Positions 9,275 to 19,555 are shown, counted from the first letter of the stretch. The stretch: 64,000 nucleotides of DNA from an uncultured Lachnospiraceae bacterium (GCA_946557105.1 CAMNSZ010000011.1:17468-81467), one strand, 5' to 3'. Program-made: numbers and translations. Notes: generated by a model not told the origin, from the sequence alone.

Positions 9275-10639
9275 ATGATAAATTTATATGAAGTGACCGA
9301 AACAAATAAAATGATTGAAAAGGAAAATCTGGATGTTCGTACTATCACTCTGGGTATCAGCCTTTTAGATTGTATCGACAGTGATTTGCAAAAACTGAAC
9401 GACAAAATATATCAAAAGATTTATGACGCCGCAAGGGATTTGGTGAAAACCGGAGAGGAGATATCCAGAGAGTTTGGTATCCCTATTGTAAATAAAAGGA
9501 TTTCCGTTACCCCTATTGCGCTTATTGGAGGAGCGGCATGCAGAAGTAAAGAGGATTTTGCAAGTATAGCAAAAACGTTGGATAAGGTAGCGCACGAGGT
9601 GGGCGTGAATTTTATCGGAGGCTACTCTGCTTTGGTGAGCAAGGGAATGACGCCTGCCGACGAGCTTTTGATTCGTTCCATTCCGTTGGCGCTGTCTGAA
9701 ACGGAGCGCGTGTGCAGCTCGGTGAATCTGGGTTCTACCAAGACAGGTATCAATATGGACGCTGTCAAGCTGATGGGGGAGATGATAAAGGAGACGGCGC
9801 AATACACTAAGGAGGAGGATTCGCTGGGCTGCGCAAAGCTGGTGGTGTTCTGCAATGCGCCCGATGATAATCCTTTTATGGCAGGAGCTTTTCACGGTGT
9901 GACGGAGGCGGATAAAATTATCAATGTAGGAGTCAGCGGACCCGGCGTGGTGAAGACGGCGTTGGAGAAGGTTCGGGGAGCCAATTTTGAAGTGCTGTGC
10001 GAGACGATAAAGAAGACGGCGTTTAAGGTGACGCGTGTGGGTCAGCTTGTGGCGCAGGAGGCATCTAAAATGCTAGGGGTTCCCTTTGGTATCGTTGATT
10101 TGTCGCTGGCGCCTACGCCGGCAATAGGCGACAGTGTGGCGGATATACTCTGTGAAATAGGTTTGGAATATGCGGGGGCTCCGGGAACCACTGCGGCGCT
10201 GGCACTTTTGAACGATCAGGTTAAGAAGGGCGGCGTAATGGCCTCCTCTTATGTGGGGGGGTTGAGCGGAGCGTTTATTCCGGTCAGTGAGGATCAAGGT
10301 ATGATTGACGCCGTGACGGCAGGGGCGCTGACGCTGGAGAAGCTGGAGGCGATGACTTGTGTCTGCTCCGTAGGGCTGGATATGATAGCCATACCCGGAG
10401 ACACCAAGGCGACAACCATTTCCGGAATTATCGCCGATGAAATGGCTATCGGCATGGTAAACCAGAAGACCACGGCAGTTCGTATTATTCCCGTTATTGG
10501 TAAGGGCGTAGGCGAAGTGGTGGAATTCGGAGGGCTTTTGGGCTATGCGCCTATAATGCCGGTAAACCGGTTTTCCTGTGATGCGTTTGTAAACCGCGGC
10601 GGGCGGATTCCTGCGCCTATTCACAGCTTTAAGAATTAA
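9275..10639 (+). CDS. UPF0210/DUF711 family (PFL-like barrel) protein
   Basis: [39 protein letters not shown] and APIHSFKN family motifs. Confidence 0.92.
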   Translation: MINLYEVTETNKMIEKENLDVRTITLGISLLDCIDSDLQKLNDKIYQKIYDAARDLVKTGEEISREFGIPIVNKRISVTPIALIGGAACRSKEDFASIAKTLDKVAHEVGVNFIGGYSALVSKGMTPADELLIRSIPLALSETERVCSSVNLGSTKTGINMDAVKLMGEMIKETAQYTKEEDSLGCAKLVVFCNAPDDNPFMAGAFHGVTEADKIINVGVSGPGVVKTALEKVRGANFEVLCETIKKTAFKVTRVGQLVAQEASKMLGVPFGIVDLSLAPTPAIGDSVADILCEIGLEYAGAPGTTAALALLNDQVKKGGVMASSYVGGLSGAFIPVSEDQGMIDAVTAGALTLEKLEAMTCVCSVGLDMIAIPGDTKATTISGIIADEMAIGMVNQKTTAVRIIPVIGKGVGEVVEFGGLLGYAPIMPVNRFSCDAFVNRGGRIPAPIHSFKN

Positions 10640-10706
10640 TAGCCAATAGGAAATTTCGTCTACAAAAAGATACTGCAATCGGTACTTTCTGTGGACGAGA
10701 GAAAAA

Positions 10707-11942
10707 TCATATGGTTACGAGAGGGAGCTGTAGCTCGTTTCGCATGGGAGATCTGGACTTTAGCGCCCTGACGCTTTCGTAAATGCTTCCCTGTTTAAGC
10801 TCCTTTTGCAGCATCCTGTATGCAGCAGGAGACAGTAATGCCTCGGCGTCCGCAAGCTTTGAAATAAGCGGAATGGAGGAGTGTTCCTTGATAGCTCCAA
10901 GCAGGGAGGAAGCATTTTTGCGAAAGCCTAATATTTTTGCATAAGAAATATAATCTATCTGCTGGTAATCCGTGAGGTCGTTCTTTTTCATATCAAGAAG
11001 AATATGAAGCAGGCAGCGGCTGATACGGGTAAATGTCATATCCTTGGTTTTTAAAAGTTCGCAAAAACCCTGAAAATCTGTAAAGCGGTATAAATTTTTA
11101 CGAATCCGGTCAGACAAGTCCGCAGATACGTCCACATATTGGGAATATCCTGTATCGGATTCCATGAGAAGCTTATAGTGGAGAAGTGCGGAAAAATCAT
11201 TGCTGCACATAGGAGGCGCCTGTGTAAGAGCATCCTTTAACAGGTCATAGGCATTATCCGGTATCTGGTTGGAAAGGACGGATAAGTTCTGGCCGGAAAG
11301 TACTGCCTGGCGAATGGCTAGGGAAGAGCATTGCCGTTCGCCAAATCTTTTATCATGGTAATCGGAGCCTATCCGCTTGGTGGTAAAGGGTGAGATGGCG
11401 CTGTTACGGCGCAATAATGCCTTGAGATATTCAATACCCAGAATGTTGTTGGGGGAAGAGAGAACATCCTTGTAGCAGCTTAAGGAGGGAGCATAATCCA
11501 ACAATGCGAAAGTGCGTGCGGTTGGATAGGAGTATCCCTGCTGCAACATACGCCGCAGGGCAGCGGAAAATTTTTCCGGCTCCTCCAACAATATTTGGGC
11601 AATCTCGCTTAAAACTGCAATGTTCCCACATTCGCTTCCGAAACAGAGATGATTTACAACTCCAAGTTTATCGAAAAGAGCCACTGCTCCGGTTGCAAAA
11701 TATTCGGCGCTGGAAACGGCATAGCAAATGGGAAGCTCAAGTACTAAATCGGCGCCGTTCTCCAAGGCCATCCGGGTACGGGTGGCTTTTTCTACAAGAG
11801 AGGGAGCGCCGCGCTGCATATAATTGCCGCTCATGGCGATAATGGTATAGTCGGCGTTTGTCTGCTTTTTTGCTCCTTCAAGATGACACTTATGACCGTT
11901 ATGGAAGGGATTGTACTCTGCAACAACTCCGTTGATAATCAT
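10707..11942 (-). CDS. tmcAL: tRNA(Met) cytidine acetate ligase (YlbM family nucleotidyltransferase)
   Basis: AEYNPFHNGH HIGH-like motif, MSGNYMQRG, GADLVLELP, FGSECG, PNNILGIEYLKA, SSLAIR. Confidence 0.9.
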   Translation of the reverse strand: MIINGVVAEYNPFHNGHKCHLEGAKKQTNADYTIIAMSGNYMQRGAPSLVEKATRTRMALENGADLVLELPICYAVSSAEYFATGAVALFDKLGVVNHLCFGSECGNIAVLSEIAQILLEEPEKFSAALRRMLQQGYSYPTARTFALLDYAPSLSCYKDVLSSPNNILGIEYLKALLRRNSAISPFTTKRIGSDYHDKRFGERQCSSLAIRQAVLSGQNLSVLSNQIPDNAYDLLKDALTQAPPMCSNDFSALLHYKLLMESDTGYSQYVDVSADLSDRIRKNLYRFTDFQGFCELLKTKDMTFTRISRCLLHILLDMKKNDLTDYQQIDYISYAKILGFRKNASSLLGAIKEHSSIPLISKLADAEALLSPAAYRMLQKELKQGSIYESVRALKSRSPMRNELQLPLVTI

Positions 11943-12213
11943 GTGGGTATTCCTTTCAATTGTAATTATTTGTATGGCGTAAACGAAATAGCAAACAAAA
12001 TTCCGTGGTCGGTATGTGAAAAAAATAACATAGTGTAAACGACCTCACATACCTGTTTTATGTAATGTTTCGGAGAGGAGGAACGCATATTTTGTATTTG
12101 AAAATATACAATTTAACGCATATTGTGACTTGTGCCTCCCTTATGTATTTAGTATAATATAAATAGCTTGTTTTGTTAAGTAAAAAATAGATTTATTTGA
12201 AGGGAGAACGGAT

Positions 12214-13215
12214 ATGTCATACATTGACATGATAAAGGAGCGTGCAAGGCTCGACAAGAAGACCATAGTATTACCGGAATCCAACGATAAGAGGACGCTG
12301 CTGGCGGCGGCGAAGATTATGGAGGAAGGGATTGCCGACATTATTATGGTGGGAAGTGAAGAGAAAATCATGGATGGAGCCGGCTGGCTGGAGGTTGACT
12401 TGTCCAAGGTGACGGTGATAAATCCGGCGACAACGCCAAAGCTGGAGGAATATGTCCGTTTATTATATGAGACAAGGAAATCAAAGGGCATGACGGAGGA
12501 GAAGGCGCGGGAAATATTGCTTAAGGATTACCTGACCTTCGGCATTGTTATGGTAAAGGCAAACGATGCGGACGGTATGGTGGCGGGCGCGTGCCATTCT
12601 ACCGCAGATACCTTACGGCCTGCCCTTCAGATTCTTAAGACTGCGCCCGGAGTTAAGCTGGTTTCCGCATTTTTCGTTATGGATACGCAATTTAAGGAGC
12701 AGGGGGAGAACGGAACCTTTATTTTTGCCGACTGCGGCTTGAATCAGGATCCTACCGCCGAAGAGCTTGCAGCAATAGCGGAAACTTCCGCGAGAAGCTT
12801 TAAATCCTTGGTTGGTCCTAAGCCTGTGATTGCCATGCTGAGCCATTCCACAAAAGGAAGCGCAAAGCATCCTCTGGTGGATAAGGTGGTTGAGGCAACA
12901 AGAATCGCACATGAGCAGTATCCTCACCTCACGCTGGACGGAGAGCTGCAGCCCGACGCGGCGCTGGTTCCGGGAGTGGCAAAGTCTAAATCGCCCGGCA
13001 GTGTGGTGGGAGGCAGGGCAAATGTTCTGATTTTCCCTAATCTGGACGCCGGTAATATCGGTTATAAGCTGGTTCAGCGACTGGGCGGCGCGCAGGCATA
13101 CGGCCCCATGCTGCAGGGAATAGCAAGACCGGTGAACGATTTATCCCGAGGCTGTTCGTGGGAGGATATCGTGGGCGTTGTGGCGCTGACGGCGGTACAG
13201 GCGCAGCTTGTGTAA
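12214..13215 (+). CDS. pta: Phosphate acetyltransferase
   Basis: [56 protein letters not shown]. Confidence 0.97.
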   Translation: MSYIDMIKERARLDKKTIVLPESNDKRTLLAAAKIMEEGIADIIMVGSEEKIMDGAGWLEVDLSKVTVINPATTPKLEEYVRLLYETRKSKGMTEEKAREILLKDYLTFGIVMVKANDADGMVAGACHSTADTLRPALQILKTAPGVKLVSAFFVMDTQFKEQGENGTFIFADCGLNQDPTAEELAAIAETSARSFKSLVGPKPVIAMLSHSTKGSAKHPLVDKVVEATRIAHEQYPHLTLDGELQPDAALVPGVAKSKSPGSVVGGRANVLIFPNLDAGNIGYKLVQRLGGAQAYGPMLQGIARPVNDLSRGCSWEDIVGVVALTAVQAQLV

Positions 13216-13224
13216 AAAGCACAG

Positions 13225-13253
13225 AGCTTTGGTATGCGGAACATACCAAAGCT
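13225..13253. repeat. Perfect 12-bp inverted repeat between pta and ackA
   Basis: AGCTTTGGTATG-CGGAA-CATACCAAAGCT, with no T tract on either side. Confidence 0.85.
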
Positions 13254-13311
13254 TAAAATGGCAGGTTTGCAAGAATTTATATACAAAAATGTGAGAAAGG
13301 TCGAAGGAAAT

Positions 13312-14517
13312 ATGAACACTTTAGTTATTAATTGCGGCAGCTCTTCTTTAAAATTTCAGTTGATTAATTCCGAGTCGGAGCAGTGTATTGCAAAGGGGCT
13401 CTGTGAGAGAATCGGAATTGACGGCAGTATGATAACATATTCTCCGGCAGGAGGAGAAAAGGAGCAGACCGTCACGCCAATGGAAGACCATACCGAAGCG
13501 ATAAGGTTGGTTTTAGAGGCGCTTACAAACGCAAAGACAGGCGTGGTAAGGAGTCTTGAGGAAATAGGCGCTGTGGGGCACCGTATCGTACATGGAGGCG
13601 AAAAATTTGCAGATTCCACGGTTATCAATGACGAGGTGATTGCCGCGATTGAGGAATGCAACGAGCTTGCGCCCTTGCATAATCCTGCAAATTTAATTGG
13701 CATAAACGCTTGCAGGAAGCTTATGCCCAATACCCCTATGGTTGCGGTTTTCGATACCGCGTTCCATCAGACTATGCCACAGGAGGCATATCTATATGGT
13801 TTGCCTTATGAATATTATAAGAAATATAAGCTTAGAAGATATGGATTTCACGGAACCAGCCATTCTTATGTATCTAAGAGAGCGGCAGAGGTTTTGGGGA
13901 AGAAGTATGAGGATTTAAAGATTATCGTGTGCCATTTAGGCAACGGAGCCAGCGTTTCCGCAGTGAAGAACGGTCGGTGCGTGGACACCTCCATGGGGCT
14001 TACTCCCTTAGAAGGACTTATTATGGGAACCAGATGCGGCGATATTGACCCTGCGATTATAGAATTTCTTGCACACAAGGAAAAGAAAGATATTGATGAT
14101 ATTATGAGTATCCTCAATAAGAAATCGGGCGTCCTTGGACTATCCGATAATTTGTCTTCGGATTTCCGTGATTTGGAGAGCGGTTATTTTGCGGGAGACG
14201 AGAATGCAATCCGTACTATGAAAACCTTCTGTTATCGTGTGGCAAAATATATCGGCGCATATATTGCCGCAATGAACGGAGTGGATGTCATCTGTTTTAC
14301 CGCTGGAGTGGGGGAGAACGGTCCCTTGGTCCGTTCCATGGTGTGCGAGCATCTGGGTTATATGGATATAAGGCTTGAAGAGGAGGCGAATCAGAAGAGA
14401 GGAGAGGATATTGTTATCACCACTCCCGACAGCAGAACAAAGGTGATGGTTATTCCTACCAATGAGGAGCTTGCTATAGCAAGAGAAACGGTGCGATTGA
14501 TTGGAAAGGGCGTCTAA
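13312..14517 (+). CDS. ackA: Acetate kinase
   Basis: VINCGSSSLK, GHRIVHGG, APLHNP, FDTAFHQT, YGFHGTSH, HLGNGAS, FTAGVGEN, PTNEE; start moved to ATG 13312. Confidence 0.98.
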   Translation: MNTLVINCGSSSLKFQLINSESEQCIAKGLCERIGIDGSMITYSPAGGEKEQTVTPMEDHTEAIRLVLEALTNAKTGVVRSLEEIGAVGHRIVHGGEKFADSTVINDEVIAAIEECNELAPLHNPANLIGINACRKLMPNTPMVAVFDTAFHQTMPQEAYLYGLPYEYYKKYKLRRYGFHGTSHSYVSKRAAEVLGKKYEDLKIIVCHLGNGASVSAVKNGRCVDTSMGLTPLEGLIMGTRCGDIDPAIIEFLAHKEKKDIDDIMSILNKKSGVLGLSDNLSSDFRDLESGYFAGDENAIRTMKTFCYRVAKYIGAYIAAMNGVDVICFTAGVGENGPLVRSMVCEHLGYMDIRLEEEANQKRGEDIVITTPDSRTKVMVIPTNEELAIARETVRLIGKGV

Positions 14518-14538
14518 GCGCCATAAAAGCTTTATTGC

Positions 14539-14567
14539 TTGCGCGAGAGAGGAAAATGGCATATAAT
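14539..14567 (+). promoter_or_regulatory. Sigma-A-type promoter for the EAL gene
   Basis: TTGCGC, 17 bp, TATAAT. Confidence 0.6.
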
Positions 14568-14658
14568 GTAATTAACACGTCCTTCATGATCTATGCAGGG
14601 CAGACCGGCGCGGGTGCTGTTCAAGAGAATATGGTTTGACCGACGAAAGGATAAAAGT

Positions 14659-16557
14659 ATGCATATACAGATACAATGTTGCGGTATTGTTTTAATGCTG
14701 GCGCTGTTTTATTTTTATATGCGTCAGAAAAGGTTGTCCCTATATACCCAAAGGGCATTTCTGGGTGTTTTTTGGGCGACCTTTTTCTGTATTCTACTTG
14801 ACATGTTGTCCATTGGCGCAATTAATTACAGGCATGTGCTGTCTGAAGCTTTTGCAAAGCTGGTGGCAAAGAGCTATCTTGTAACGCTGCTTTTAGTGGC
14901 AATGAGCGCAATGTCCTACATGTGTGTGGATATTTATAAAAGGCGGGATATTTACCGGCAGGAAATGACAAAGTATTGGGTGTTAACCGCTGCCGGCATA
15001 ATTGGAATTTATGCGGCCCCTCTCTATTATCAATATGCGGGCGATGGAAGAACCGTAAGGTATACATACGGCCCCAGTGTCTATATTACTTACGGCATGG
15101 CATTGATTTTTTTTGTCAGGATTTTTTATTTGTTGAAGAAAGAGAAGGCAAATATTAATCCCCGCCGCAGGGAGGCCGTATGTATCTGGCTTTTGGTCTG
15201 GATTGCCGCTTCACAAATACAATTTATGTATACGGATTTGTTGATTGTGGGCTATGCCGGTTCCATAGGAATTATGGTGCTTTATTTGAAGCTGGAAAAT
15301 CCCGAGACAAATTTGGACAGGAGCACAGGGCTGTTTAACGGCGGCACATTGTATCAGTTTACGCAAGAGCTTTATGCCGGTGATAAGGATTTTTCCCTGT
15401 TGGTGATTATCTTTGAAAATACTGCCTATCAGAATGTACATCTGGAAAAGCGCGGACTGATAAAGATGGAAATTATAGAGTATCTGTTGAAAATACCGGA
15501 TGCTCTCTCCTTTAAAAACGCGGAGGACGAATATTTTATACTGTTTACCGACTGTGCAATAGCTGAAGAGCGGGTAAAGGAAATTCGTATGCGCTTTCAG
15601 TCTGAGTGGGGGGAGGATATGGCAAGCACGGTTCATCCCGGATGGCTGTATCTGCCTCATGCAAATGTTGTGGACAACGCCGATAATCTGTTGTATCTTA
15701 TCCGCTATGTGAGGCAGGATGGAACGGCGTTTATGGAAAACGATTTTGCATGTATCGAGCAGGATAGCGTAACCAAAATGTACCAGAAAAAGGAAACGGA
15801 GCAGCTGATTATTGAAGCCATGGAGAACGATCGTATAGAGGTGTACTATCAGCCCATTTTCTCTACGGATGAAAAGCGCGTAACATCTGCGGAGGCTTTG
15901 ATGCGCATACGGAATCTGGAGGGGAAGGTGGTGCCTCCCGGCGTATTCATTGACATTGCGGAGGAAAGCGGCATGATTTTGAAGCTAGGCGAAATCGTAT
16001 TTGAAAAGGTCTGCCGCTTTATCAGCAAACATCCGCCAGAGCAGTACGGATTACATTACATAGAAATCAATTTATCCGTTGTTCAATGTGCATATGCGAA
16101 TTTGGCAAAGGATTTTATTCATATCATGGAAAAATACGGTGTGTCGCCCAAGTACATTAATCTTGAAATAACGGAGTCGGCTTCTACAAATGCAAAAAAA
16201 ACGCTATTGGGAAATATGGAAGATTTGTTGGATTATGGTGTGAAATTTTCTTTGGATGATTTCGGAACAGGGCAGTCCAATCTGAATTACATAGTGGAAA
16301 TGCCGGTGAATATTGTGAAATTTGACAAGAGTATGACAAATTCTTATTTTAAAAACGGAAAAGCGAAGCATGTTATGGAAGCGGCGATTCATATGATACA
16401 TGGAATGAATTTGGAAATCGTATCGGAAGGAATCGAGACGAAAGAGCAATACCAGACAATGGAGGATTTGGGAATCAGCCATATACAGGGTTATTATTTT
16501 TCCAAGCCCCTTCCCGAGGAGGAATTTATACAATTTCTTGAGAAGAGCATTGAATAG
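14659..16557 (+). CDS. Membrane-anchored EAL-domain c-di-GMP phosphodiesterase with a degenerate GGDEF domain
   Basis: About 7 hydrophobic N-terminal helices; DRSTGLFN GGDEF-domain start with the A-site replaced by AEDEY; EAL domain with YQPIF, EALMR, INLS, LEITES, DDFGTG, KFDKS and EGIE. Confidence 0.9.
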   Translation: MHIQIQCCGIVLMLALFYFYMRQKRLSLYTQRAFLGVFWATFFCILLDMLSIGAINYRHVLSEAFAKLVAKSYLVTLLLVAMSAMSYMCVDIYKRRDIYRQEMTKYWVLTAAGIIGIYAAPLYYQYAGDGRTVRYTYGPSVYITYGMALIFFVRIFYLLKKEKANINPRRREAVCIWLLVWIAASQIQFMYTDLLIVGYAGSIGIMVLYLKLENPETNLDRSTGLFNGGTLYQFTQELYAGDKDFSLLVIIFENTAYQNVHLEKRGLIKMEIIEYLLKIPDALSFKNAEDEYFILFTDCAIAEERVKEIRMRFQSEWGEDMASTVHPGWLYLPHANVVDNADNLLYLIRYVRQDGTAFMENDFACIEQDSVTKMYQKKETEQLIIEAMENDRIEVYYQPIFSTDEKRVTSAEALMRIRNLEGKVVPPGVFIDIAEESGMILKLGEIVFEKVCRFISKHPPEQYGLHYIEINLSVVQCAYANLAKDFIHIMEKYGVSPKYINLEITESASTNAKKTLLGNMEDLLDYGVKFSLDDFGTGQSNLNYIVEMPVNIVKFDKSMTNSYFKNGKAKHVMEAAIHMIHGMNLEIVSEGIETKEQYQTMEDLGISHIQGYYFSKPLPEEEFIQFLEKSIE

Positions 16558-16569
16558 CGCAAAAAACTC

Positions 16570-16598
16570 TTGACAAAAGTTCTTTATCGCGGTAACAT
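16570..16598 (+). promoter_or_regulatory. Sigma-A-type promoter of the T-box/trpBA unit
   Basis: TTGACA, 17 bp, TAACAT. Confidence 0.75.
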
Positions 16599-16609
16599 TG
16601 TAAAAAATA

Positions 16610-16907
16610 AATAGCGGAACACAAACCGTAGATGTGGAGATCAAGGCAGTATATGCGCTTACAGAGAGACCGGATGCTGAGAAAGGTCGGAGAAGCAGGC
16701 TGCTAAATGGACCACGGAGGGCGCAGTGAAAGAAGCTTTTGAAGGAGGGCTTTTAGTATTTTGCGACGTTAGGCATACGTTAATTGCCGGGGATATGTCG
16801 GTATCCTGAAAGTGCACGGATGATTCCGTGAAGCAAGGTGGCACCGCGGGAATTGTTTAAGAAGACCCGTCCTTGACAGTAATATCTTTACTGTCAGGGA
16901 CTTTTTT
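16610..16907 (+). ncRNA. T-box riboswitch, tryptophan specifier (UGG)
   Basis: Stem I AGAGA/GCTGAG motifs, specifier TGG at 16708-16710, T-box AAGGTGGCACCGCG at 16835-16848, complementary CCCGTCC, and a 14-bp terminator GTCCTTGACAGTAA/TTACTGTCAGGGAC plus T6 at 16869-16907. Confidence 0.93.
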
Positions 16908-16981
16908 GATTGTATAGACAATCAGTAGCAATGAAAGGTATATCACTCAGTAAAATAAAAAGATTAAGAAAGGGTTGTGTT

Positions 16982-18166
16982 ATGAGCAAGGGACGTTACG
17001 GAATACACGGCGGGCAGTATGTTTCAGAGGCGCTGATGAACGAGATTCAGCGTCTGGAGGAGTGTTATGAATATTATAAGAAGGACGAAGGGTTTCAGGC
17101 AGAGCTTACAGAGCTTTTGAATAATTATGCGGGCAGACCTTCCCTTTTGTATTATGCGGAAAAAATGACAAAGGACTTGGGTGGAGCAAAAATATATCTC
17201 AAGCGAGAAGATTTAAACCATACAGGCTCTCACAAAATTAATAACGTGCTGGGTCAGGTGCTTATGGCAAAGAAGATGGGAAAGACCAGAGTGATTGCAG
17301 AGACAGGAGCCGGGCAGCACGGTGTTGCCACGGCTACGGCAGCGGCCTTGCTGGGTATGGAATGTGAGATTTTTATGGGCAGGGAGGATACCGAAAGACA
17401 GGCGCTGAATGTATACCGCATGGAGCTTTTAGGAGCCAAGGTCCATTCTGTCACAAGCGGAACCCAGACTCTGAAGGATGCGGTAAACGAGACAATGAGA
17501 GAATGGACGAACCGCATGGCAGACACTCATTATGTGCTGGGCTCGGTCATGGGTCCCCATCCGTTTCCCATGATTGTGCGGGATTTCCAAAGCGTTATCA
17601 GCAGGGAAGCGAGGGAACAGATTTTGAAGGCGGAGGGCAGGCTTCCGGCGGCAGTAGTCGCCTGTGTGGGAGGCGGCAGTAATGCCATGGGAGCATTCTA
17701 CCATTTTATAGAGGATAAGGAGGTAGAGCTGATTGGCTGCGAGGCGGCGGGAAAGGGTGTGGATACCGCTTGCCATGCGGCAACCGTCACTAAAGGAAGT
17801 CTTGGTATTTTCCACGGAATGAAATCCTATTTCTGTCAGGATGAGTACGGACAGATTGCTCCGGTTTATTCAATTTCCGCGGGGCTGGATTATCCCGGGG
17901 TCGGCCCCGAGCATGCCAATCTTCACGATACGGGAAGAGCAAAATATGTGCCCATAACCGATGAAGAGGCAGTGTCTGCGTTTGAATATATTGCAAAGAC
18001 GGAAGGGATTATCTGCGCTATTGAAAGCGCTCACGCCATTGCACAGGTGAGGAAGATTGCGGCTGATTACAGTCCTGACCAAAATATTATTGTCTGTGTG
18101 TCCGGCAGAGGAGACAAGGATGTTGCGGCAATAGCAAGGTACAGGGGGGTGGACATTCATGATTAA
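16982..18166 (+). CDS. trpB: Tryptophan synthase beta subunit (intact)
   Basis: [15 protein letters not shown] (PLP lysine), [32 protein letters not shown]; start moved to ATG 16982. Confidence 0.98.
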   Translation: MSKGRYGIHGGQYVSEALMNEIQRLEECYEYYKKDEGFQAELTELLNNYAGRPSLLYYAEKMTKDLGGAKIYLKREDLNHTGSHKINNVLGQVLMAKKMGKTRVIAETGAGQHGVATATAAALLGMECEIFMGREDTERQALNVYRMELLGAKVHSVTSGTQTLKDAVNETMREWTNRMADTHYVLGSVMGPHPFPMIVRDFQSVISREAREQILKAEGRLPAAVVACVGGGSNAMGAFYHFIEDKEVELIGCEAAGKGVDTACHAATVTKGSLGIFHGMKSYFCQDEYGQIAPVYSISAGLDYPGVGPEHANLHDTGRAKYVPITDEEAVSAFEYIAKTEGIICAIESAHAIAQVRKIAADYSPDQNIIVCVSGRGDKDVAAIARYRGVDIHD

Positions 18167-18929
18167 CGAAAATAATAAAATTAAAAGAGCGTTTCACATG
18201 CCAAACGCAAAGGCGCTTATCGTATTTTTGACAGCGGGCGACCCGGATGCGGACAGCTGCGTGAAATTTATTCCGGAAATGGAAAGGGCGGGAGCCGATC
18301 TGATAGAAATCGGGATACCGTTTTCCGATCCGATAGCGGAGGACGAGATTGTGCAGGCCGCCAATATCAGGGCGATTAAGAGAGGTATGACAACGGACGG
18401 GGTGTTTGATATAGTGAAGAGAGTGAGAGAGCGTTCGCAGATTCCGCTTTGCTTAAAGAGCTATTTAAATCCTGTGTTCCACTACGGTTACGAAAGATTT
18501 TTTGAGAAATGCGGGGAGCTTTCTGTGGATGGGATAATCATTCCCGATTTGCCCTATGAGGAAAAGGCTGAGGTGGAGGAGCCGGCTAACAGGCATAACG
18601 TAGCGTTGATTCCTATGCTTGCGCCTGCCTCCGAGGAACGTATCGAGAGAATTGCAAAGAATACGGACGGATATATTTATGTGACAGGCTCTAAGGAGGC
18701 TGTGCCTTCTCTTGTGGAGAGCATCCGAAGAGTGACGGCTGCGCCCTGTGCTATAGGTGTCGGAATAGCTGCTCCAAAGCAGGTAGAGCATATGGCTTCC
18801 TTTTCCGAGGGCTGCATTGTGGAGAGCGCCGCCGTTAAGATTATTGAAGAATACGGAAAAGAGGCTGCGCCCCGACTTTATGAGTTTGTGAAGAACATGA
18901 AGGAAGCGGTCTTTGCAATAAATTTATAA
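18159..18929 (+). CDS. trpA: Tryptophan synthase alpha subunit with a degenerate active site
   Basis: [19 protein letters not shown] and DGIIIPDLP are retained; ADGP is replaced by AEDE, loop 6 is shortened (GYIYVTG) and VGSA is replaced by VESA. Confidence 0.92.
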   Translation: MINENNKIKRAFHMPNAKALIVFLTAGDPDADSCVKFIPEMERAGADLIEIGIPFSDPIAEDEIVQAANIRAIKRGMTTDGVFDIVKRVRERSQIPLCLKSYLNPVFHYGYERFFEKCGELSVDGIIIPDLPYEEKAEVEEPANRHNVALIPMLAPASEERIERIAKNTDGYIYVTGSKEAVPSLVESIRRVTAAPCAIGVGIAAPKQVEHMASFSEGCIVESAAVKIIEEYGKEAAPRLYEFVKNMKEAVFAINL

Positions 18930-18937
18930 AACAATTG

Positions 18938-18966
18938 TTGACAAACTCTTCCCCTGTATGTATAAT
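18938..18966 (+). promoter_or_regulatory. Consensus sigma-A promoter for yceD-rpmF
   Basis: TTGACA, 17 bp, TATAAT. Confidence 0.85.
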
Positions 18967-19028
18967 AAATCAGTGTGTGAAATGAAGCACCGCAGGTTTT
19001 CTGCGAGACATATTGCATAGGAGTTGCT

Positions 19029-19553
19029 ATGTTACTGAATTTATCCGATGTATTTACATCCGAGGACAGGGTTGAGAGCAAGAGCGTAACTCTTGAGATG
19101 ACCAGCTTTGACAGCAGGCTCGGAAGCTTTCCCATTATTGAGAAAGGCCCGGTAGAGTTTATTTTTACCAATATCGGAGCCCATAAAGTAAGGATTGAGG
19201 GAAGTGTGGAGCTTAAGGCTGCTGCAGCATGTGACAGATGTCTGACGAAGACGCCGGTTAGGATGGAGCTGCAATTTGACAGGACGGTTGTTTCACCTGA
19301 GGTTACCACGGAGGATGAGGATGCCGACGACATGAATTTTATGGAGGGGTATCAGCTGAATGTAGAGACTTTTGTGTATAATGAAATTTTAGTAAACTGG
19401 CCTGTGAAGATTCTGTGTAAGGAAGACTGTAAGGGCGTATGTCCTGTCTGCGGACAGAATCTCAATATAAGGGAATGCGGCTGCGATACCTTTGTGCCGG
19501 ACCCGCGTATGGCAGTAATAAAAGATATCTTTTTGCGCAATAAGGAGGTGTAA
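19029..19553 (+). CDS. yceD: YceD/DUF177 family protein (large-subunit rRNA accumulation factor)
   Basis: CDRCL and LCKEDCKGVCPVCGQNLN...DPR; located immediately before rpmF. Confidence 0.9.
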   Translation: MLLNLSDVFTSEDRVESKSVTLEMTSFDSRLGSFPIIEKGPVEFIFTNIGAHKVRIEGSVELKAAAACDRCLTKTPVRMELQFDRTVVSPEVTTEDEDADDMNFMEGYQLNVETFVYNEILVNWPVKILCKEDCKGVCPVCGQNLNIRECGCDTFVPDPRMAVIKDIFLRNKEV

Positions 19554-19555
19554 CG

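Noticed and set aside
13234-13311. N-terminal extensions in the ORF track (ackA, trpB, plsX, acpP, rimM, helD, EAL, prs and others)
   Set aside because: The downstream ATGs have better RBSs and match family N-termini; the extensions run through terminators, hairpins or promoters.
14594-14650. GCAGGGCAGACC upstream of the EAL gene resembles the start of a c-di-GMP-I riboswitch
   Set aside because: The GAAA tetraloop stem and the downstream GACGCAAAG core are absent.
14987-14999. 13-bp match (CCGCTGCCGGCAT) to the tRNA-Leu 3' end (273-285), suggesting an attR site
   Set aside because: It lies inside the EAL coding sequence, the interval holds core genes (polA, coaE, pta, ackA), and there is no integrase; most likely chance.
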